Shown here: piece by piece, positions 9,744-22,763 of the stretch
Layout of the letters: every line of letters starts with the position of its first letter
Position numbering within the stretch: the first letter of the stretch is position 1
Assembly: GCF_000011465.1 (NCBI RefSeq)
Contig: NC_005072.1
Span: 1,530,001-1,562,000, forward strand
Reading direction: 5' to 3'
Length of the DNA stretch: 32,000 bases
DNA from: Prochlorococcus marinus subsp. pastoris str. CCMP1986
Lineage (GTDB): Bacteria > Cyanobacteriota > Cyanobacteriia > PCC-6307 > Cyanobiaceae
The notes under the pieces: generated by a model
Told to the model about the DNA's origin: nothing
Databases searched by the model: none
What the model saw: only the letters and a program-made list of their open reading frames with translations
Program-made: the position numbers and the translations under genes

Positions 9744-11750
9744 ATGGTCGCTGCATCTGTTTCATTAGAATCACTATGTGTAAATAGTATAAGAATGCTG
9801 GCTGTAGATGCAGTAAATAAATCTAATAGCGGGCATCCTGGCTTACCTATGGGTTGCGCTCCTATGGGTTACGCATTATGGCACAATATCCTCAATCACA
9901 ATCCCAATAATCCAAAGTGGTTTAATAGAGATCGCTTTGTATTATCAGCGGGACATGGGTGTATGTTGTTATATTCTCTTCTGCATCTGACTGGATATAA
10001 ATCAGTTTCCATTGAAGATATTAAAGAATTTAGACAATGGGGATCTAAGACACCTGGACACCCAGAAACATTTGAAACTGAGGGTGTTGAGGTAACAGCG
10101 GGGCCATTAGGGGCAGGAATTTCCAACGCAGTTGGTTTAGCAATTGCAGAAGCACACTTAGCAGCTAAATTCAATAAAAAAGATTGCGAAATTGTTGATC
10201 ATTATACCTATGTAATAATGGGAGACGGTTGTAATCAAGAAGGGATTGCCTCTGAGGCATGTTCACTTGCTGGACATCTTAAGCTTGGAAAATTAATAGC
10301 TCTATATGACGATAATCAAATCACAATTGATGGACGTACAGATGTTTCATTTACAGAAGATGTTTTAAAAAGATACGAAGCTTATGGATGGCATGTGCAA
10401 CATGTTGAAGATGGTAATCATGATGTAAAAGGGATTACCAAAGCTATTGAGAGTGCGAAATCTGTAAAAGATAAACCTTCACTAATCAAAATTTCTACAA
10501 TCATAGGTTATGGGTCACCAAACAAGTCAGATACTGCAGGGATTCATGGAGCTGCGGTAGGAGAAGAAGAAGCTTCCTTAACAAGAGAGTTTTTAAATTG
10601 GGAATATCCTCCCTTTGAAATACCTGAGGATGTATATTCTCAATTTAGACAAGCTATTACTAAAGGTGAAGAGTCTGAAAAAAAATGGAATTTAAAATTT
10701 CAAGAATATCAAAACACATATCCCTCTGAAGGAGCAGAATTCAAAAGAATGATCCAAGGTGAATTACCAGAGAACTGGGATTCAGATCTGCCTTCATATA
10801 CTACAGATGATAAGGGTCTCGCAACAAGAAAACATTCTCAAATATGCCTAGGAGCTCTTGGGCCTAATCTTCCTGAATTAATTGGAGGATCTGCGGATTT
10901 AACTCACTCTAATTACACAGATATAAAAGGAGAAACAGGCTCATTTCAGGCACATTCTCCAGAAAAGAGATACTTACATTTTGGTGTAAGAGAGCATGCT
11001 ATGGCAGCAATATTAAATGGAATTGCTTATCACGATAGTGGATTAATACCTTATGGAGGGACTTTTCTTGTTTTTGCAGACTATATGAGAGGTTCAATGA
11101 GACTATCTGCTCTCAGTGAGCTGGGAGTTATTTATGTACTTACTCATGATTCAATTGGAGTAGGCGAAGATGGTCCAACACATCAACCTGTTGAAACGAT
11201 CCCCTCACTAAGAGCTATGCCAAATATGCTTGTATTTAGACCTGGAGATGGTAATGAAACAAGTGGTGCTTATAAGCTTGCTATTAAAAACAGAAAAAGA
11301 CCTTCTGCTCTTTGCCTAAGTAGGCAAGCCATGCCAAATCAAGAGAATACCTCTATTGAAAAAGTTGCATTAGGTGGATATATAGTTTCCGATTGTGAGG
11401 GGACTCCTGATGTAATATTTATCGGTACTGGTAGTGAACTAAACCTCTGCATTGAAGCAAGTAAAGAAATCTCAAAATTAGGTAAAAAGACTAGAGTTAT
11501 TTCCATGCCTTGCGTAGAACTATTTGAAGAGCAAGATGCTTCTTATAAAGAAAGTGTCTTGCCAAGTAGTATCAAAAAAAGAGTTGTAGTTGAAGCCGCC
11601 CATTCATTCGGATGGCACAAATACACTGGACTTGATGGAATTTGTATTACTATGGACAGGTTTGGTGCATCAGCTCCTGGTGGAAAATGTATGACTAGTT
11701 TTGGATTTACAGTTGAAAATGTTGTAAAAAAGACTAAAGATATTTTATAA
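9744..11750 (+). CDS. tkt: Transketolase
   Basis: 668 aa with [23 protein letters not shown], the [20 protein letters not shown] thiamine-PP motif and the C-terminal [10 protein letters not shown]. Confidence 0.97.
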   Translation: MVAASVSLESLCVNSIRMLAVDAVNKSNSGHPGLPMGCAPMGYALWHNILNHNPNNPKWFNRDRFVLSAGHGCMLLYSLLHLTGYKSVSIEDIKEFRQWGSKTPGHPETFETEGVEVTAGPLGAGISNAVGLAIAEAHLAAKFNKKDCEIVDHYTYVIMGDGCNQEGIASEACSLAGHLKLGKLIALYDDNQITIDGRTDVSFTEDVLKRYEAYGWHVQHVEDGNHDVKGITKAIESAKSVKDKPSLIKISTIIGYGSPNKSDTAGIHGAAVGEEEASLTREFLNWEYPPFEIPEDVYSQFRQAITKGEESEKKWNLKFQEYQNTYPSEGAEFKRMIQGELPENWDSDLPSYTTDDKGLATRKHSQICLGALGPNLPELIGGSADLTHSNYTDIKGETGSFQAHSPEKRYLHFGVREHAMAAILNGIAYHDSGLIPYGGTFLVFADYMRGSMRLSALSELGVIYVLTHDSIGVGEDGPTHQPVETIPSLRAMPNMLVFRPGDGNETSGAYKLAIKNRKRPSALCLSRQAMPNQENTSIEKVALGGYIVSDCEGTPDVIFIGTGSELNLCIEASKEISKLGKKTRVISMPCVELFEEQDASYKESVLPSSIKKRVVVEAAHSFGWHKYTGLDGICITMDRFGASAPGGKCMTSFGFTVENVVKKTKDIL

Positions 11751-11757
11751 AATTAAA

Positions 11758-13140
<1,383 letters not shown>

Positions 13141-13172
13141 TTAAATTGTTTATTACTAGAGTTCGATCAAAT

Positions 13173-13254
13173 TGAAACTTTCCTGCGTCAGTTTTAACTG
13201 TTTCAGGTTCGAAGGGTATGATCTCAGCTAAGTAATTGACTTAGCACCCCTAGT
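13173..13254 (-). promoter_or_regulatory. TPP riboswitch (THI element) in the thiC leader
   Basis: Reverse complement ACTAGGGGTGCTAAGTCAATTACTTAGCTGAGATCATACCCTTCGAACCTGAAACAGTTAAAACTGACGCAGGAAAGTTTC contains GGGGTGC, GCTGAGA, ACCC, GAACCTGA, CAGTTAA..ACTG and GCAGGAAAGT in THI-box order, about 45 nt upstream of the thiC start. Confidence 0.94.
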
Positions 13255-13321
13255 TATATTTAAAAATAGCTCTTTTTAATAAAAAGTCATCTTATATTCT
13301 CAAAAAATATAGAAAATATTT

Positions 13322-13537
13322 TTATTTAGGTTGTTTATAAGATTTTATTTTGTTTAAGATTTTTTTCCTCTTAATTCCTCTACTAAATTCTTTTTCAGAA
13401 ATTATAAAAATTCCCATCAAACCAATTGGTATATAAAAAATCCTCTTACTTTCTTGCCTTGATAAGAATCCTATTATTGATAAAAGAATCATTAAAGGTG
13501 CCGCAAGTGAAAAGATATTAACTTTTTTAAATTTCAT
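13322..13537 (-). CDS. Small predicted membrane protein, two hydrophobic segments, function unknown (71 aa)
   Basis: MKFKKVNIFSLAAPLMILLSIIGFLSRQESKRIFYIPIGLMGIFIISEKEFSRGIKRKKILNKIKSYKQPK; hydrophobic stretches at about residues 10-24 and 33-46. Confidence 0.7.
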   Translation of the reverse strand: MKFKKVNIFSLAAPLMILLSIIGFLSRQESKRIFYIPIGLMGIFIISEKEFSRGIKRKKILNKIKSYKQPK

Positions 13538-13555
13538 TTATATATCTTTATCCCA

Positions 13556-14716
13556 TTAATTATTTAATTTTACTATAGATTCAGTTATTACTTTAACCCC
13601 TACACTAATAGCTCTTTCATCTGGATCAAATTTTGAGCTATGTAGTGGAGCGCAACCTTTCTCACCTGAGACACCAAGCCTAAACATTGCTCCAGGAACT
13701 TCATTTAGAAATTCAGCAAAATCTTCAGCACCTAAGGATGGTTTTTGTAATTCAATAACATTTTCATGACCTAAAATGCTAATTGAGGAGTCTCTTAAAA
13801 CCTTATTTATTACATAATCATTATTTACAGGTGGGACAATCTCCCTGAATTTTACTTTAGCTTCAGCCCCACAACTCCTTGCTATAGAGGAAATATTAAA
13901 GTTAAGCCAATCACCCATATCCCTAAATAATTTCAAATTTGTACATCTTATTGTTCCAGTTAAATTAACCTTTTCAGACAAAATATTATATGCATTTCCC
14001 CCATTTATTTTCCCAAAGGTAACGACGACAGGATCTAGAGGATCTAATTTTCTAGTTATTGCTTCTTGAATACCAGAAATCACTTTGGATGCTGCCCATA
14101 TAGCATCTACACCTTCGTGAGGTCTCGCACCATGTGCTGATTTTCCTAATATTTCAACTTTAAGTTCGCCTGCCGCTGCTGTTAGAATTCCTTCTTTAAT
14201 CCCAATAGTCCCTACCAATAAGTCAGGGAAAACATGCACTCCTAAAATTTGTTTTAACCCAATAGTCACGCCATCATCAATCATCCACCTAGCACCGCTA
14301 GCAATTTCTTCAGCAGGTTGAAAAATTATTCTTGTCCCAAATTTAAGGTTTAAATCCTTAATAATTTTCGCCACACCCAAACCAATACATGTATGTAAAT
14401 CATGTCCACAAGCATGCATGATGCCATCAATTTTTGAAGAAAAACTTAAATTAGTATTCTCGTATATTGGAAGGGCATCCATATCAACTCTCAAACCAAT
14501 AAAACCTTTATCTTTTGGTCCGAAATCAGCTACAACCCCAGTTTTCCCAACTGATTCTGTAACTCTCCCACCAATGTTTTTAAGATAACCACTTATTAAA
14601 ATTGCCGTTTGATTTTCTAAGCCACTTAATTCTGGATGAGCATGAATGTGCCTCCTCATATTAATAAGTTCATCCTTGATTGAATCAATTTTTTTTAACA
14701 ATTTATCTCTTTCCAT
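13556..14716 (-). CDS. M20-family metallopeptidase / amidohydrolase (N-acyl-L-amino-acid amidohydrolase-like)
   Basis: 386 aa: RRHIHAHPELSG, GLRVDMDALPI, GIMHACGHDLHT, FQPAEEI, GKSAHGARPHEGVDA, GAEDFAEFL. Confidence 0.93.
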   Translation of the reverse strand: MERDKLLKKIDSIKDELINMRRHIHAHPELSGLENQTAILISGYLKNIGGRVTESVGKTGVVADFGPKDKGFIGLRVDMDALPIYENTNLSFSSKIDGIMHACGHDLHTCIGLGVAKIIKDLNLKFGTRIIFQPAEEIASGARWMIDDGVTIGLKQILGVHVFPDLLVGTIGIKEGILTAAAGELKVEILGKSAHGARPHEGVDAIWAASKVISGIQEAITRKLDPLDPVVVTFGKINGGNAYNILSEKVNLTGTIRCTNLKLFRDMGDWLNFNISSIARSCGAEAKVKFREIVPPVNNDYVINKVLRDSSISILGHENVIELQKPSLGAEDFAEFLNEVPGAMFRLGVSGEKGCAPLHSSKFDPDERAISVGVKVITESIVKLNN

Positions 14717-14719
14717 TTA

Positions 14720-15508
14720 TTATTTCAGAGCTATAAATTTCATCAAATCTTTCGTTGGTTTTTGAGGCCATCTGCGAACGTTTATTAACCATTTCTCATC
14801 AGCATATCTTGAATCTAATTCCGTAACTACAATCCAGTTACTTTCAGCTTCACCAGACATGCCTTTTGACCAGTCCAAGGCTGTTAATGCTGCTCTCGCA
14901 TCAGCAAAAGTTGGATAACGTCTGATCAAATTTTTTAATTCTTTTTCACTCTCTTCCATATTTCCTAATTGGTAGTCAGCCAAAGCCATACTTGATCTTG
15001 CCATAGCAAAACCAGGATTTGATTCTGAAGCTTTAAAAAACAAATTCCTTGCACTCTGCCAATTTGACAAAGACCCTTCAACATTAGCAAAATTATATAA
15101 AGCAGAAAAATTATCTTTATCTTTTGAGATTACATATAAATAATCGTTTTTTGCCTGTAACCAGAGCCCTAAAGATTCTTCTGCTATCCCTCTATTTATA
15201 TAAGGATCAACCTCACCTGGATCTAACTCAATGGCTTTATCTTGATCCTCTATTGCACCTTTAGGATCACCATTAACAAGTTTTATATTTCCTCTATTAC
15301 TTAAAGCTGCTGCATCATTAGGAAATAATTCCAAATACTTATTCCATTGCTTTAACGCGAGATTAAATTCTCCACTGGAGCTTAAATTTAAAGCATTTTT
15401 AAATAAATCTTCCTGTGGGCTTAGTGAATAACTAGGAGTGACATATACGATATTGATTAAAAAGCAAATCAATAAAAGATAAAGCTTAATCTTTCTAATA
15501 CTTTTCAT
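14720..15508 (-). CDS. Secreted TPR-repeat protein
   Basis: N-terminal signal-like hydrophobic segment ([21 protein letters not shown]) then TPR-like repeats ([66 protein letters not shown]). Confidence 0.88.
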
Positions 15509-16553
15509 TTCTGGAACTAATGTATTTTTTTCCTAAAGATGTAAGTTTTCTTCCTCGGGGGGTTCTCATAATAAATCCAATTTGAATTAAATATGGCTCA
15601 ACTACAAACTCTAACATTGATGATTCCTCTCCCAAACCTGCAGCAATTGAATCTAAGCCAATCGGATGATTATTATTAAGGTTTAAAAAAGACAAAAATT
15701 TCCTATCTATGTTATCCAAACCTTTATTATCTATTTTTTGAGAATTTAAAGCTTTTTCGATTATCTCCAAAGAAATTTTATTTGTATTTTTTATAACCTG
15801 AGCATAGTCTCTTACTCTTTTTAATAATCTCAAGGCAATTCTTGGAGTACCTCTAGAAATCTTTGCTAACGCGCTACAAGCATCATTTTCTAATTGAAGA
15901 TTAATCAAAGTAGCAAAATTAAAAATTATTTGGTGCAATTCATCATTTGAATAAAGTTCAATTTTGTGACATAGTCCAAATCTATCTCTAAGAGGAGCAC
16001 TAATTGATGCAAGTTTTGTTGTAGCCCCAATCAGAGTAAATTTCGGTAAATTAATTGTTCTGCAGCGAGTCCCTCTATTAGCTCCCATTGTTAGATCCAA
16101 CCTAAAATCCTCCATTGCAGAATATAAAAGCTCTTCAGTTAATTTATTTAAACGATGTATTTCATCAATAAATAAAATCTCTCCTTCTTTTAATCCAAGA
16201 AGTAATCCCACAATATCCCTTGGCCTTTCAAGTGAAGGTGCACTTGCTACTTTACATTTTGTATTCATCTCATAAGAAATCAATAAAGCTAATGTAGTTT
16301 TTCCTAAACCTGGTTGGCCATATAAGAGTGTATGTTCTAATGCCTCTTTCCTATATTTAGAAGCCTCTATAGCTATTTTTAACGAAGATTTAATTTGCTC
16401 TTGTCCAATAAATTCTTTAAAGGAATTCGGCCGAGCTAAATTTAAATTTTTGTTTATTTTTTCTTCAGCAATTATCTTTGAATCAACTAACCTCAGCTCT
16501 TTTCTTGAGCGAGGAATATTAGATTCATCTAAACTTGAAGAAATTATTGCCAT
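15495..16553 (-). CDS. ruvB: Holliday junction branch migration DNA helicase RuvB
   Basis: Walker [15 protein letters not shown], Walker [33 protein letters not shown] and the C-terminal [15 protein letters not shown]. Confidence 0.97.
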
Positions 16554-16605
16554 AATTAAAGATTAATGGCAATTGTTCTTTGGGGAAAGATTTTTTACAA
16601 CTGCA

Positions 16606-17100
16606 ATGGCAAAAGTTTCAAACAAAGCAAATAAAATCATAAAAAAAGAAGCGGTTTTTAAACGACTTTCAGAAAATCGATATGCAAAATTTCAGTATGA
16701 AATACTTGAAACAATCGAAGCTGGAATTGAACTTTTAGGAACTGAAGTAAAATCTATAAGAAACGGCAGTGTAAATTTAAGAGACGGGTATTGTTCTTTC
16801 AGAGATGGTGAAATACTTTTATTAAATGTTCACATATCACCACATAAAAATGTGGGCCCTTTTTTTAATCACGACCCATTACGAAATAGAAAATTATTGT
16901 TGCATAAGAAAGAAATAGTAAAGCTTAAATACAATACTGAAAAAAAGGGATTAACTATTATTCCCTTATCTATTTATTTAAAAGGGTCATGGATTAAATT
17001 AACCATTGGAATTGGTAAGGGTAAAAAATTGCATGATAAAAGACAAGCCGATAAACAAAGGGATATTAAAAGAGAAATAAAAACTGCTCTTAAGAGATAA
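16606..17100 (+). CDS. smpB: SsrA-binding protein SmpB
   Basis: [48 protein letters not shown] and the [17 protein letters not shown] tail. The start is more likely at internal Met12 (16606) than at 16573. Confidence 0.95.
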   Translation: MAKVSNKANKIIKKEAVFKRLSENRYAKFQYEILETIEAGIELLGTEVKSIRNGSVNLRDGYCSFRDGEILLLNVHISPHKNVGPFFNHDPLRNRKLLLHKKEIVKLKYNTEKKGLTIIPLSIYLKGSWIKLTIGIGKGKKLHDKRQADKQRDIKREIKTALKR

Positions 17101-17125
17101 TAAAGGATATATTTCTTTAGATAAT

Positions 17126-17377
17126 TTAATCAGAGTCTAAACTAACTGAATCGGGTGGAGGAGAAGGATCTGGATCAGCAATTAACATATGCTGCAAGAC
17201 AGTTTCAGGCCTTTCGCTATCTCTCCAGCGAATTCTATAAGCAGGCATCTTAGTACCTCTACTTGTAGTTTGTTCAACTGGTTCCATAACCCAGCCTCTT
17301 CTTGATCGGCCTTGAGGATTTCTTTTCACTACTGCATCTGCGTGCTTGAAGCGGAAACCAACACGTTCACCACTCAT
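17126..17377 (-). CDS. Small hypothetical protein, basic N-terminus and acidic/proline-rich tail (83 aa)
   Basis: ORF MSGERVGFRFKHADAVVKRNPQGRSRRGWVMEPVEQTTSRGTKMPAYRIRWRDSERPETVLQHMLIADPDPSPPPDSVSLDSD; higher-complexity, well-formed sequence unlike local spurious ORFs. Confidence 0.75.
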   Translation of the reverse strand: MSGERVGFRFKHADAVVKRNPQGRSRRGWVMEPVEQTTSRGTKMPAYRIRWRDSERPETVLQHMLIADPDPSPPPDSVSLDSD

Positions 17378-17404
17378 TTAAAAATTTTCGTATTGGATCA
17401 GTTT

Positions 17405-18943
17405 TTATTTTACTTCATTCGAGGTTGATTTTTCAGATTTAGTAGAAGTTATTTCTGGTTTTAACAATGGGAAGGTTATGACATCTCTAATTGAAGGACT
17501 ATTTGTAAGTAACATGATAAGTCTGTCAATTCCAATTCCTAAACCTCCTGTGGGCGGCATACCTATTTCTAAAGCTTGTAAAAAATCTTCATCAATACAA
17601 TGTGCTTCAAGATCACCGGCATCTCGCAAAGATTGCTGTAATTGCATTCTCTTCCTTTGATCAACTGGATCTATTAATTCGCTAAATGCGTTAGCAAGTT
17701 CGCGGCCTGCAATAAACAACTCAAATCTCTGAACCATCTCTTTATTTTCAGGATGAGGTCTTGCAAGAGGAGAGATTTCAATTGGATAATCGATTACAAA
17801 AGTTGGTTCGACGAGTTGAGATTCAACCTTTTCCTCAAAAACTTCATTTAAAAGTCTGCCTAAGGTATTTATTTTTGGAGAAATTTCAATATTACTTTCC
17901 TCTAAATCCTTCATAGCTTTATTCAAATCACCATTAAAAGAATCAAAATCAATCCCTGTATATTCCATAACAACATCTTTCATTGATATTCTTTTCCAAG
18001 GCTTTGAAAAATCAATTACCTTTTCTTGATAATTTATAATTAAGGAATCACAACAACTTAATACAATATCTCTGATCAGATCTTCAGTTAAATTCATCAT
18101 ATCAATGTAATTAGAGAAAGCCTGATATATTTCCACTGAGGTGAATTCCGGATTATGCTTTGTACTTATCCCTTCATTACGAAAAATTCGTCCTAACTCA
18201 TATACTTTTTCAAACCCTCCTACCACCATTCTTTTAAGATGTAATTCCGTAGCTATTCTTAAATACAATGGTATGTCTAAGGTATTATGATGAGTAATAA
18301 ATGGCCTAGCTTCAGCCCCTCCAGCCTCAGATTGAAGGATCGGTGTTTCTATCTCTAAAAAATTTTTTTCATCCAACCACCTTCTTATTAGACTGATACA
18401 CTTTGCTCTTGTTTTAAATACATTTTTTGACAACGGATTAACTATTAAATCCAAATATCTTTGCCTATACCTTTTTTCTATATCTGTTAAACCATGCCAT
18501 TTATCAGGCAATGGCTGTAATGATTTGGACAACATTTCCCACTTGGATACTTTTATTGAAAGTTCCCCTTTATTAGTTTTCTTAATAGTTCCATAAACAC
18601 CAATCCAATCTCCAATATCTACGATTTCTTTAAGATCTTCAAAAGAAAGTAGTTTTGCATGAATTTCAAAATCATCAAGAATTTTTTTTTCTAAATAAAG
18701 CTGAATTTTCCCTTCTTGATCAGCAATAGTATAAAAAGCAATTTTTCCCATCACTCTTTTTGCTAAAACTCTTCCCGCGATAGCAACATCTAAGTTAAAA
18801 TCTTGACCATTTTCTAAATAGCCGAATTTCTCAGTGAGAAATTTAGTAGAATGAGTTATTTTAAAAGTTTCTGCGTAGGGTTCAAATCCTTTCTTGACTA
18901 GTGAATTAGCTTTTAATAAGCGAGCCTCTCTAATTTCAGACAA
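17405..18943 (-). CDS. lysS: Lysyl-tRNA synthetase (class II)
   Basis: 512 aa: motif 1-like [26 protein letters not shown], motif 2 [30 protein letters not shown], motif 3 [30 protein letters not shown]. Confidence 0.97.
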   Translation of the reverse strand: MSEIREARLLKANSLVKKGFEPYAETFKITHSTKFLTEKFGYLENGQDFNLDVAIAGRVLAKRVMGKIAFYTIADQEGKIQLYLEKKILDDFEIHAKLLSFEDLKEIVDIGDWIGVYGTIKKTNKGELSIKVSKWEMLSKSLQPLPDKWHGLTDIEKRYRQRYLDLIVNPLSKNVFKTRAKCISLIRRWLDEKNFLEIETPILQSEAGGAEARPFITHHNTLDIPLYLRIATELHLKRMVVGGFEKVYELGRIFRNEGISTKHNPEFTSVEIYQAFSNYIDMMNLTEDLIRDIVLSCCDSLIINYQEKVIDFSKPWKRISMKDVVMEYTGIDFDSFNGDLNKAMKDLEESNIEISPKINTLGRLLNEVFEEKVESQLVEPTFVIDYPIEISPLARPHPENKEMVQRFELFIAGRELANAFSELIDPVDQRKRMQLQQSLRDAGDLEAHCIDEDFLQALEIGMPPTGGLGIGIDRLIMLLTNSPSIRDVITFPLLKPEITSTKSEKSTSNEVK

Positions 18944-18993
18944 AATTTAATTCAATATTTATGTTTTATTTAATCAAACTATCAGAATAAGTA

Positions 18994-19740
18994 TCAACTT
19001 GCCAAAGATGTTGCTTTTTCTCCAACTCTTTGCGAAGCATAACCTATTCCTCTAACAGTAAGTATCAACTCAGGATTTCTTGGATCTGGCTCTAACTTAC
19101 CCCTTAGCCTAGCCACATAAACATCTACAACTCTCAAGTCAGCTGCTCGTCTTGGAGGATATCCCCAAAGCTGCTCTAGTATTTCAGCTCTTGGAACTAC
19201 CTTACCTGGCTCATCAAATAATAATTCAAGAAGACTAAATTCAGTATAAGTTAAACTAATTCTTTCTCCAGCCCTAGAAACTTGCCTTCTATTAGTATCA
19301 ACTACTAGATTTCCAAATTTCATAACTCCTTTTCCAGAAGGAACCTCTTTAGTTTCAGTAACTGTAATACTAGGACCCATACGCCTTAAGATTGTGGCTA
19401 TTCTGGCTTCTAATTCCTTAGGACTAAACGGTTTTGACAAGTAATCATCAGCTCCTAAATCTAGACCGGCTACTCTTTCAGAGATAGCCTCTAGAGCAGT
19501 TAAAAATATTATAGGTACAACTGATTCAGCTCTGATTCTTCTACAAACTGCAAATCCATCCATTTTTGGAAGCATTACATCAAGAACTATTAAATCTGGA
19601 GATTCTCTGTGAAAAGCCTCAAGAGCCTCTTCTCCATTGGTGGCTTGGTGAACTTGATATCCTGCTAATTGAAGTCTAGTAACTAATACTTTCAAAACAG
19701 CTGGTTCATCATCAACAACTAAAATACTTGCTTTTGACAT
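18994..19740 (-). CDS. rpaB: OmpR-family response regulator, RpaB/Ycf27 type
   Basis: 248 aa with receiver domain (ILVVDDEPAVLKVL, DLIVLDVMLPKMDGF, PIIFLTAL, DDYLSKPFSPKEL) and winged-helix (DLRVVDVYVARLRGKLEPDPRNPELILTVRGIGYASQ) strongly resembling cyanobacterial RpaB. Paralog assignment is from memory. Confidence 0.88.
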   Translation of the reverse strand: MSKASILVVDDEPAVLKVLVTRLQLAGYQVHQATNGEEALEAFHRESPDLIVLDVMLPKMDGFAVCRRIRAESVVPIIFLTALEAISERVAGLDLGADDYLSKPFSPKELEARIATILRRMGPSITVTETKEVPSGKGVMKFGNLVVDTNRRQVSRAGERISLTYTEFSLLELLFDEPGKVVPRAEILEQLWGYPPRRAADLRVVDVYVARLRGKLEPDPRNPELILTVRGIGYASQRVGEKATSLAS

Positions 19741-19912
19741 CGGGAAAATTTTTTTTGCTGATATTTCAAGGCAAATTTATTTTGCAATGAACATCTTATT
19801 AATATAATCTAACAATTAAAAATATAACATTATGTACCTTAAATGATAAATTCCTTAAATTTACAAAATTATTTTATTTTTGAAAAAATCCATTATTACC
19901 TTTTAGAATCTA

Positions 19913-20452
19913 TTATTCATCTATAAAGCTTATTAATTTGTCCCTTCCTTTTGATTTTTGGAAGAGCCTAAAGAGTAAGGAACATATTAATGGAGCTAAT
20001 AAACCGGTTATAAAAACTTGAGCAAAAATATTTTTTAATATTGGTAAATACAAAAAAATATTATGGTTATACCAATACTTGAACAAGGCTTGAAAAAAAT
20101 ATAGCGAACCACAAAAAAAACATGCAATAGAACAAATTAAACCAAATCTGAAATGCCCTACAAAAATATTATTTGAAATACTTAACTTTCCAAACCATAT
20201 TCCACATAAAACCAATCCGGGAATTTGTGTGAAATTACTATCAAGACTCAATGAATCTAAAATAAGTCCTAAAAATAAACCAATTATTAAACCATTAAAT
20301 GATCCATAGATCATAGACCATGGCAATAACCAAAATAAAGGCCAATAAGGCTGAACTCCTAAGAATTCCAACCAATTAGGATCCCAAAAATAAACTATTG
20401 GTATAAATAAAAAGGAAAATAAAGATATTTTTTTTTTAAAGTATTTTCCCAT
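19913..20452 (-). CDS. mreD: Rod shape-determining protein MreD (putative)
   Basis: 179 aa polytopic membrane protein immediately downstream of mreC in an mreB-mreC-mreD order. Confidence 0.78.
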   Translation of the reverse strand: MGKYFKKKISLFSFLFIPIVYFWDPNWLEFLGVQPYWPLFWLLPWSMIYGSFNGLIIGLFLGLILDSLSLDSNFTQIPGLVLCGIWFGKLSISNNIFVGHFRFGLICSIACFFCGSLYFFQALFKYWYNHNIFLYLPILKNIFAQVFITGLLAPLICSLLFRLFQKSKGRDKLISFIDE

Positions 20453-21202
20453 TTAAATTTCAACTTTTAAGATTTGTACCCAATCAATTGCTTGAGGTTT
20501 TCCTAAAAGCAAAATATTCGCTGTTTTTTTTGCTTTGAATTCTTCATCAACAGATTGAATAATACCTATGGGAATATTGGGAGGTAACAAAGTGCTTGCT
20601 GGGGAAGATAAGACAAAATCTCCCACTTTTATATCGATATCCTTATTAAAAAAAATCACTTTTGGATAATCATTTCCAGAACCGACTAATAATCCATGCA
20701 TCTGAATCCTTTCAACCCATACTCCCACTTTACTTTCAGGAGAAGTTAATAATCTTACTGTCGAAGTAAATAAAGAAGTATTCTCTACTCTTCCTAATAA
20801 GCCTCCTGGACCAACAACAAAACTCCCAATTTCTACTCCGTCTTTTGCACCTTTATTTAAGATAATTTGCCTCCAAAAACTGCCGGTTTTTCTTGAAATA
20901 ACACTCGCTGAAATACTTTCAGAATCAGACAATCTTTGTAGAGATAAAATTTCGCGTAATCTTTTATTATCTTTCTCCAACTGTTTTAATCTGATCAAAA
21001 ACTCTTGTTCAACACTTTTAGTTAAAACTTCCCTTTGATATTGTCCTGGCCAAAAAGGTTTTGAAATTAAATAATAAAAATCTTTATATAAAGATCCTTT
21101 TGATATTCTCACAAAAAACAAGAACGATAAAAATATAAATAAACCCCAATTTTTCTTTTTATTCCACCAACGATTAGTTGATATTCGTCGAATATCTAAC
21201 AT
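20453..21202 (-). CDS. mreC: Rod shape-determining protein MreC
   Basis: 249 aa: N-terminal TM, coiled coil (EFLIRLKQLEKDNKRLREILSLQ), then VISRKTGSFWRQIILNKGAKDGVEIGSFVVGPGGLLGRVENT. Between mreB and mreD. Confidence 0.93.
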   Translation of the reverse strand: MLDIRRISTNRWWNKKKNWGLFIFLSFLFFVRISKGSLYKDFYYLISKPFWPGQYQREVLTKSVEQEFLIRLKQLEKDNKRLREILSLQRLSDSESISASVISRKTGSFWRQIILNKGAKDGVEIGSFVVGPGGLLGRVENTSLFTSTVRLLTSPESKVGVWVERIQMHGLLVGSGNDYPKVIFFNKDIDIKVGDFVLSSPASTLLPPNIPIGIIQSVDEEFKAKKTANILLLGKPQAIDWVQILKVEI

Positions 21203-21206
21203 TCAA

Positions 21207-22280
21207 CTAATCTCTAATCGCATTCCTTATAAAATCAGGTGTATCAACAACTCTCTTGAGTTTTTTGAAATCGTCCAATACCACTCCACAACCGTTAACT
21301 ACGCATAGTAATGGATTCTCTGCAATATGCGTAAAAATTCCAGTTTCATGGCTAAGCAAATCACTAATCCCTCTTACAAGAGCTCCACCTCCAGCGAGCA
21401 TAATTCCTCTATCAACTATATCTGCCGCTAATTCAGGAGGAGTTCGCTCCAAAGTTCTTTTTACAGCTTCAACAATTTTGGAAAGAGGATCAGCCATAGC
21501 CTCTCTAATTTCTCCAGAGGTTAAAGTAATAGATCTTGGCAAGCCAGATAAAAGGTGTAAACCTCTAACTTCTATAGAAGTATTATCAAATTCATCATCT
21601 GGAAATGCGGAGCCAATTTTGATTTTAATATCTTCTGCAGTTCTCTCACCGACAACTAGATTATGTACTTTTTTAAGATAAATTGCTATCGATTCATTAA
21701 GTTCATCACCTGCTATTCTTACAGATTCGCTTAGGACCGTTCCGCCTAGACTTAAAACTGCTACTTCAGTAGTTCCACCCCCAATATCAACAATCATGGT
21801 TCCAATTGGTTCAGTTACTGGCAATGAAGCTCCTATAGCTGCAGCGACAGGTTCATCAATCAAATGAACCTCTCTAGCCCCAGCTAATCCAGCTTCTCTA
21901 ACAGCTCTTCGTTCAACACTAGTAACCCCACTCGGAATACCAATAACTATTCTTGGAGCTAAAATTCCCCTTCCTTCATTGCATTTTTGAATAAAAGTTT
22001 TTATCATTTGTTCTGCCGCATCAAAATCAGCAATAACTCCATCTCTCAAAGGTCTCACAGCTCTTATATTTCCTGGGGTTCTTCCAAGCATTAATTTTGC
22101 TTCTTCACCTACGGCCAAAGGAACTCCCTCTTCAAGATCCATAGCTACTACTGAGGGTTCTTGTAGAACCACACCTTTACCTGATACATGAATAAGAGTA
22201 TTAGCAGTACCCAAATCAATCCCTATATCCCTAGAAAATTTAAATCTGTTAAAAATCACAATAAGAAATCTATTAAACAA
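21207..22280 (-). CDS. mreB: Rod shape-determining protein MreB
   Basis: [77 protein letters not shown]-like region. Confidence 0.97.
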   Translation of the reverse strand: MFNRFLIVIFNRFKFSRDIGIDLGTANTLIHVSGKGVVLQEPSVVAMDLEEGVPLAVGEEAKLMLGRTPGNIRAVRPLRDGVIADFDAAEQMIKTFIQKCNEGRGILAPRIVIGIPSGVTSVERRAVREAGLAGAREVHLIDEPVAAAIGASLPVTEPIGTMIVDIGGGTTEVAVLSLGGTVLSESVRIAGDELNESIAIYLKKVHNLVVGERTAEDIKIKIGSAFPDDEFDNTSIEVRGLHLLSGLPRSITLTSGEIREAMADPLSKIVEAVKRTLERTPPELAADIVDRGIMLAGGGALVRGISDLLSHETGIFTHIAENPLLCVVNGCGVVLDDFKKLKRVVDTPDFIRNAIRD

Positions 22281-22391
22281 ATAATATATCTATTTTCTCA
22301 ATACCTCAAAAAAAACTTTTATTTAGTTATGAATAGCTTGCAAAACTTAAGCAAAAGCAAAAAAGATGAGTAATATAAAAAAAAATAGCTT

Positions 22392-22763
22392 ATGGAAATT
22401 AACACTATTAATTTGGTTGGTAGAGCTGGAAGAGAGCCTGATGTGAGATATTTCGAATCTGGAAGTACAGTTGCCAACTTCACTCTTGCAGTAAACAGAA
22501 TAAGTAGAGGTGATGAACCTGACTGGTTTAATCTAGAAATATGGGGCAAACAAGCACAAATAGCTGCTGACTATGTCAAAAAAGGTTCTTTAATTGGTAT
22601 TACAGGAAGTTTTAAAATTGATAGTTGGAAAGACAAGAATACAGGAGAAGATAGATTTAAACCAGTTGTTAGAGTTGATAGATTAAATTTATTGAGCTCT
22701 AAGAAAGAAACAGATAATAGCAATTTTTCAAATAATAATAACTCTGGAGATATTCCTTTTTAA
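22392..22763 (+). CDS. ssb: Single-stranded DNA-binding protein
   Basis: 123 aa: MEINTINLVGRAGREPDVRYFESGSTVANFTLAVNR...WFNLEIWGKQAQIAADYVKKGSLIGITGSF and the acidic-hydrophobic tip GDIPF. Confidence 0.93.
   Translation: MEINTINLVGRAGREPDVRYFESGSTVANFTLAVNRISRGDEPDWFNLEIWGKQAQIAADYVKKGSLIGITGSFKIDSWKDKNTGEDRFKPVVRVDRLNLLSSKKETDNSNFSNNNNSGDIPF

Noticed and set aside
9896-10174. 92-aa minus-strand ORF antisense to tkt
   Set aside because: Contained in the conserved transketolase N-terminal domain; shadow ORF. The same applies to small antisense ORFs in glgP, fabF, thiC, glmS, rnc, lysS, ahcY and the alpha/beta hydrolase.
13262-13290. CTTTTTAATAAAAAG hairpin upstream of the thiC riboswitch
   Set aside because: AT-only short stem that could be chance. 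It might be a weak terminator after the 71-aa gene, but evidence is insufficient.
19784-19880. Direct repeat CCTTAAAT...CCTTAAAT and inverted AT-rich words upstream of rpaB
   Set aside because: Two short AT-rich words are expected by chance in this composition; no additional copies.
21256-21681. 141-aa plus-strand ORF antisense to mreB
   Set aside because: Lies wholly inside the well-supported mreB gene. Composition (Ser/Pro/Thr-rich) is a shadow of the reverse frame, with no independent domain signature.
22188-22373. 61-aa plus-strand ORF between mreB and ssb
   Set aside because: Overlaps the mreB start region, is Lys/Asn/Ser-rich as random AT-rich sequence would be, and shows no motif.
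22319-22549. 76-aa minus-strand ORF overlapping the ssb start
   Set aside because: Mostly antisense to the conserved ssb OB-fold; hydrophobic tail reflects AT-rich intergenic DNA.
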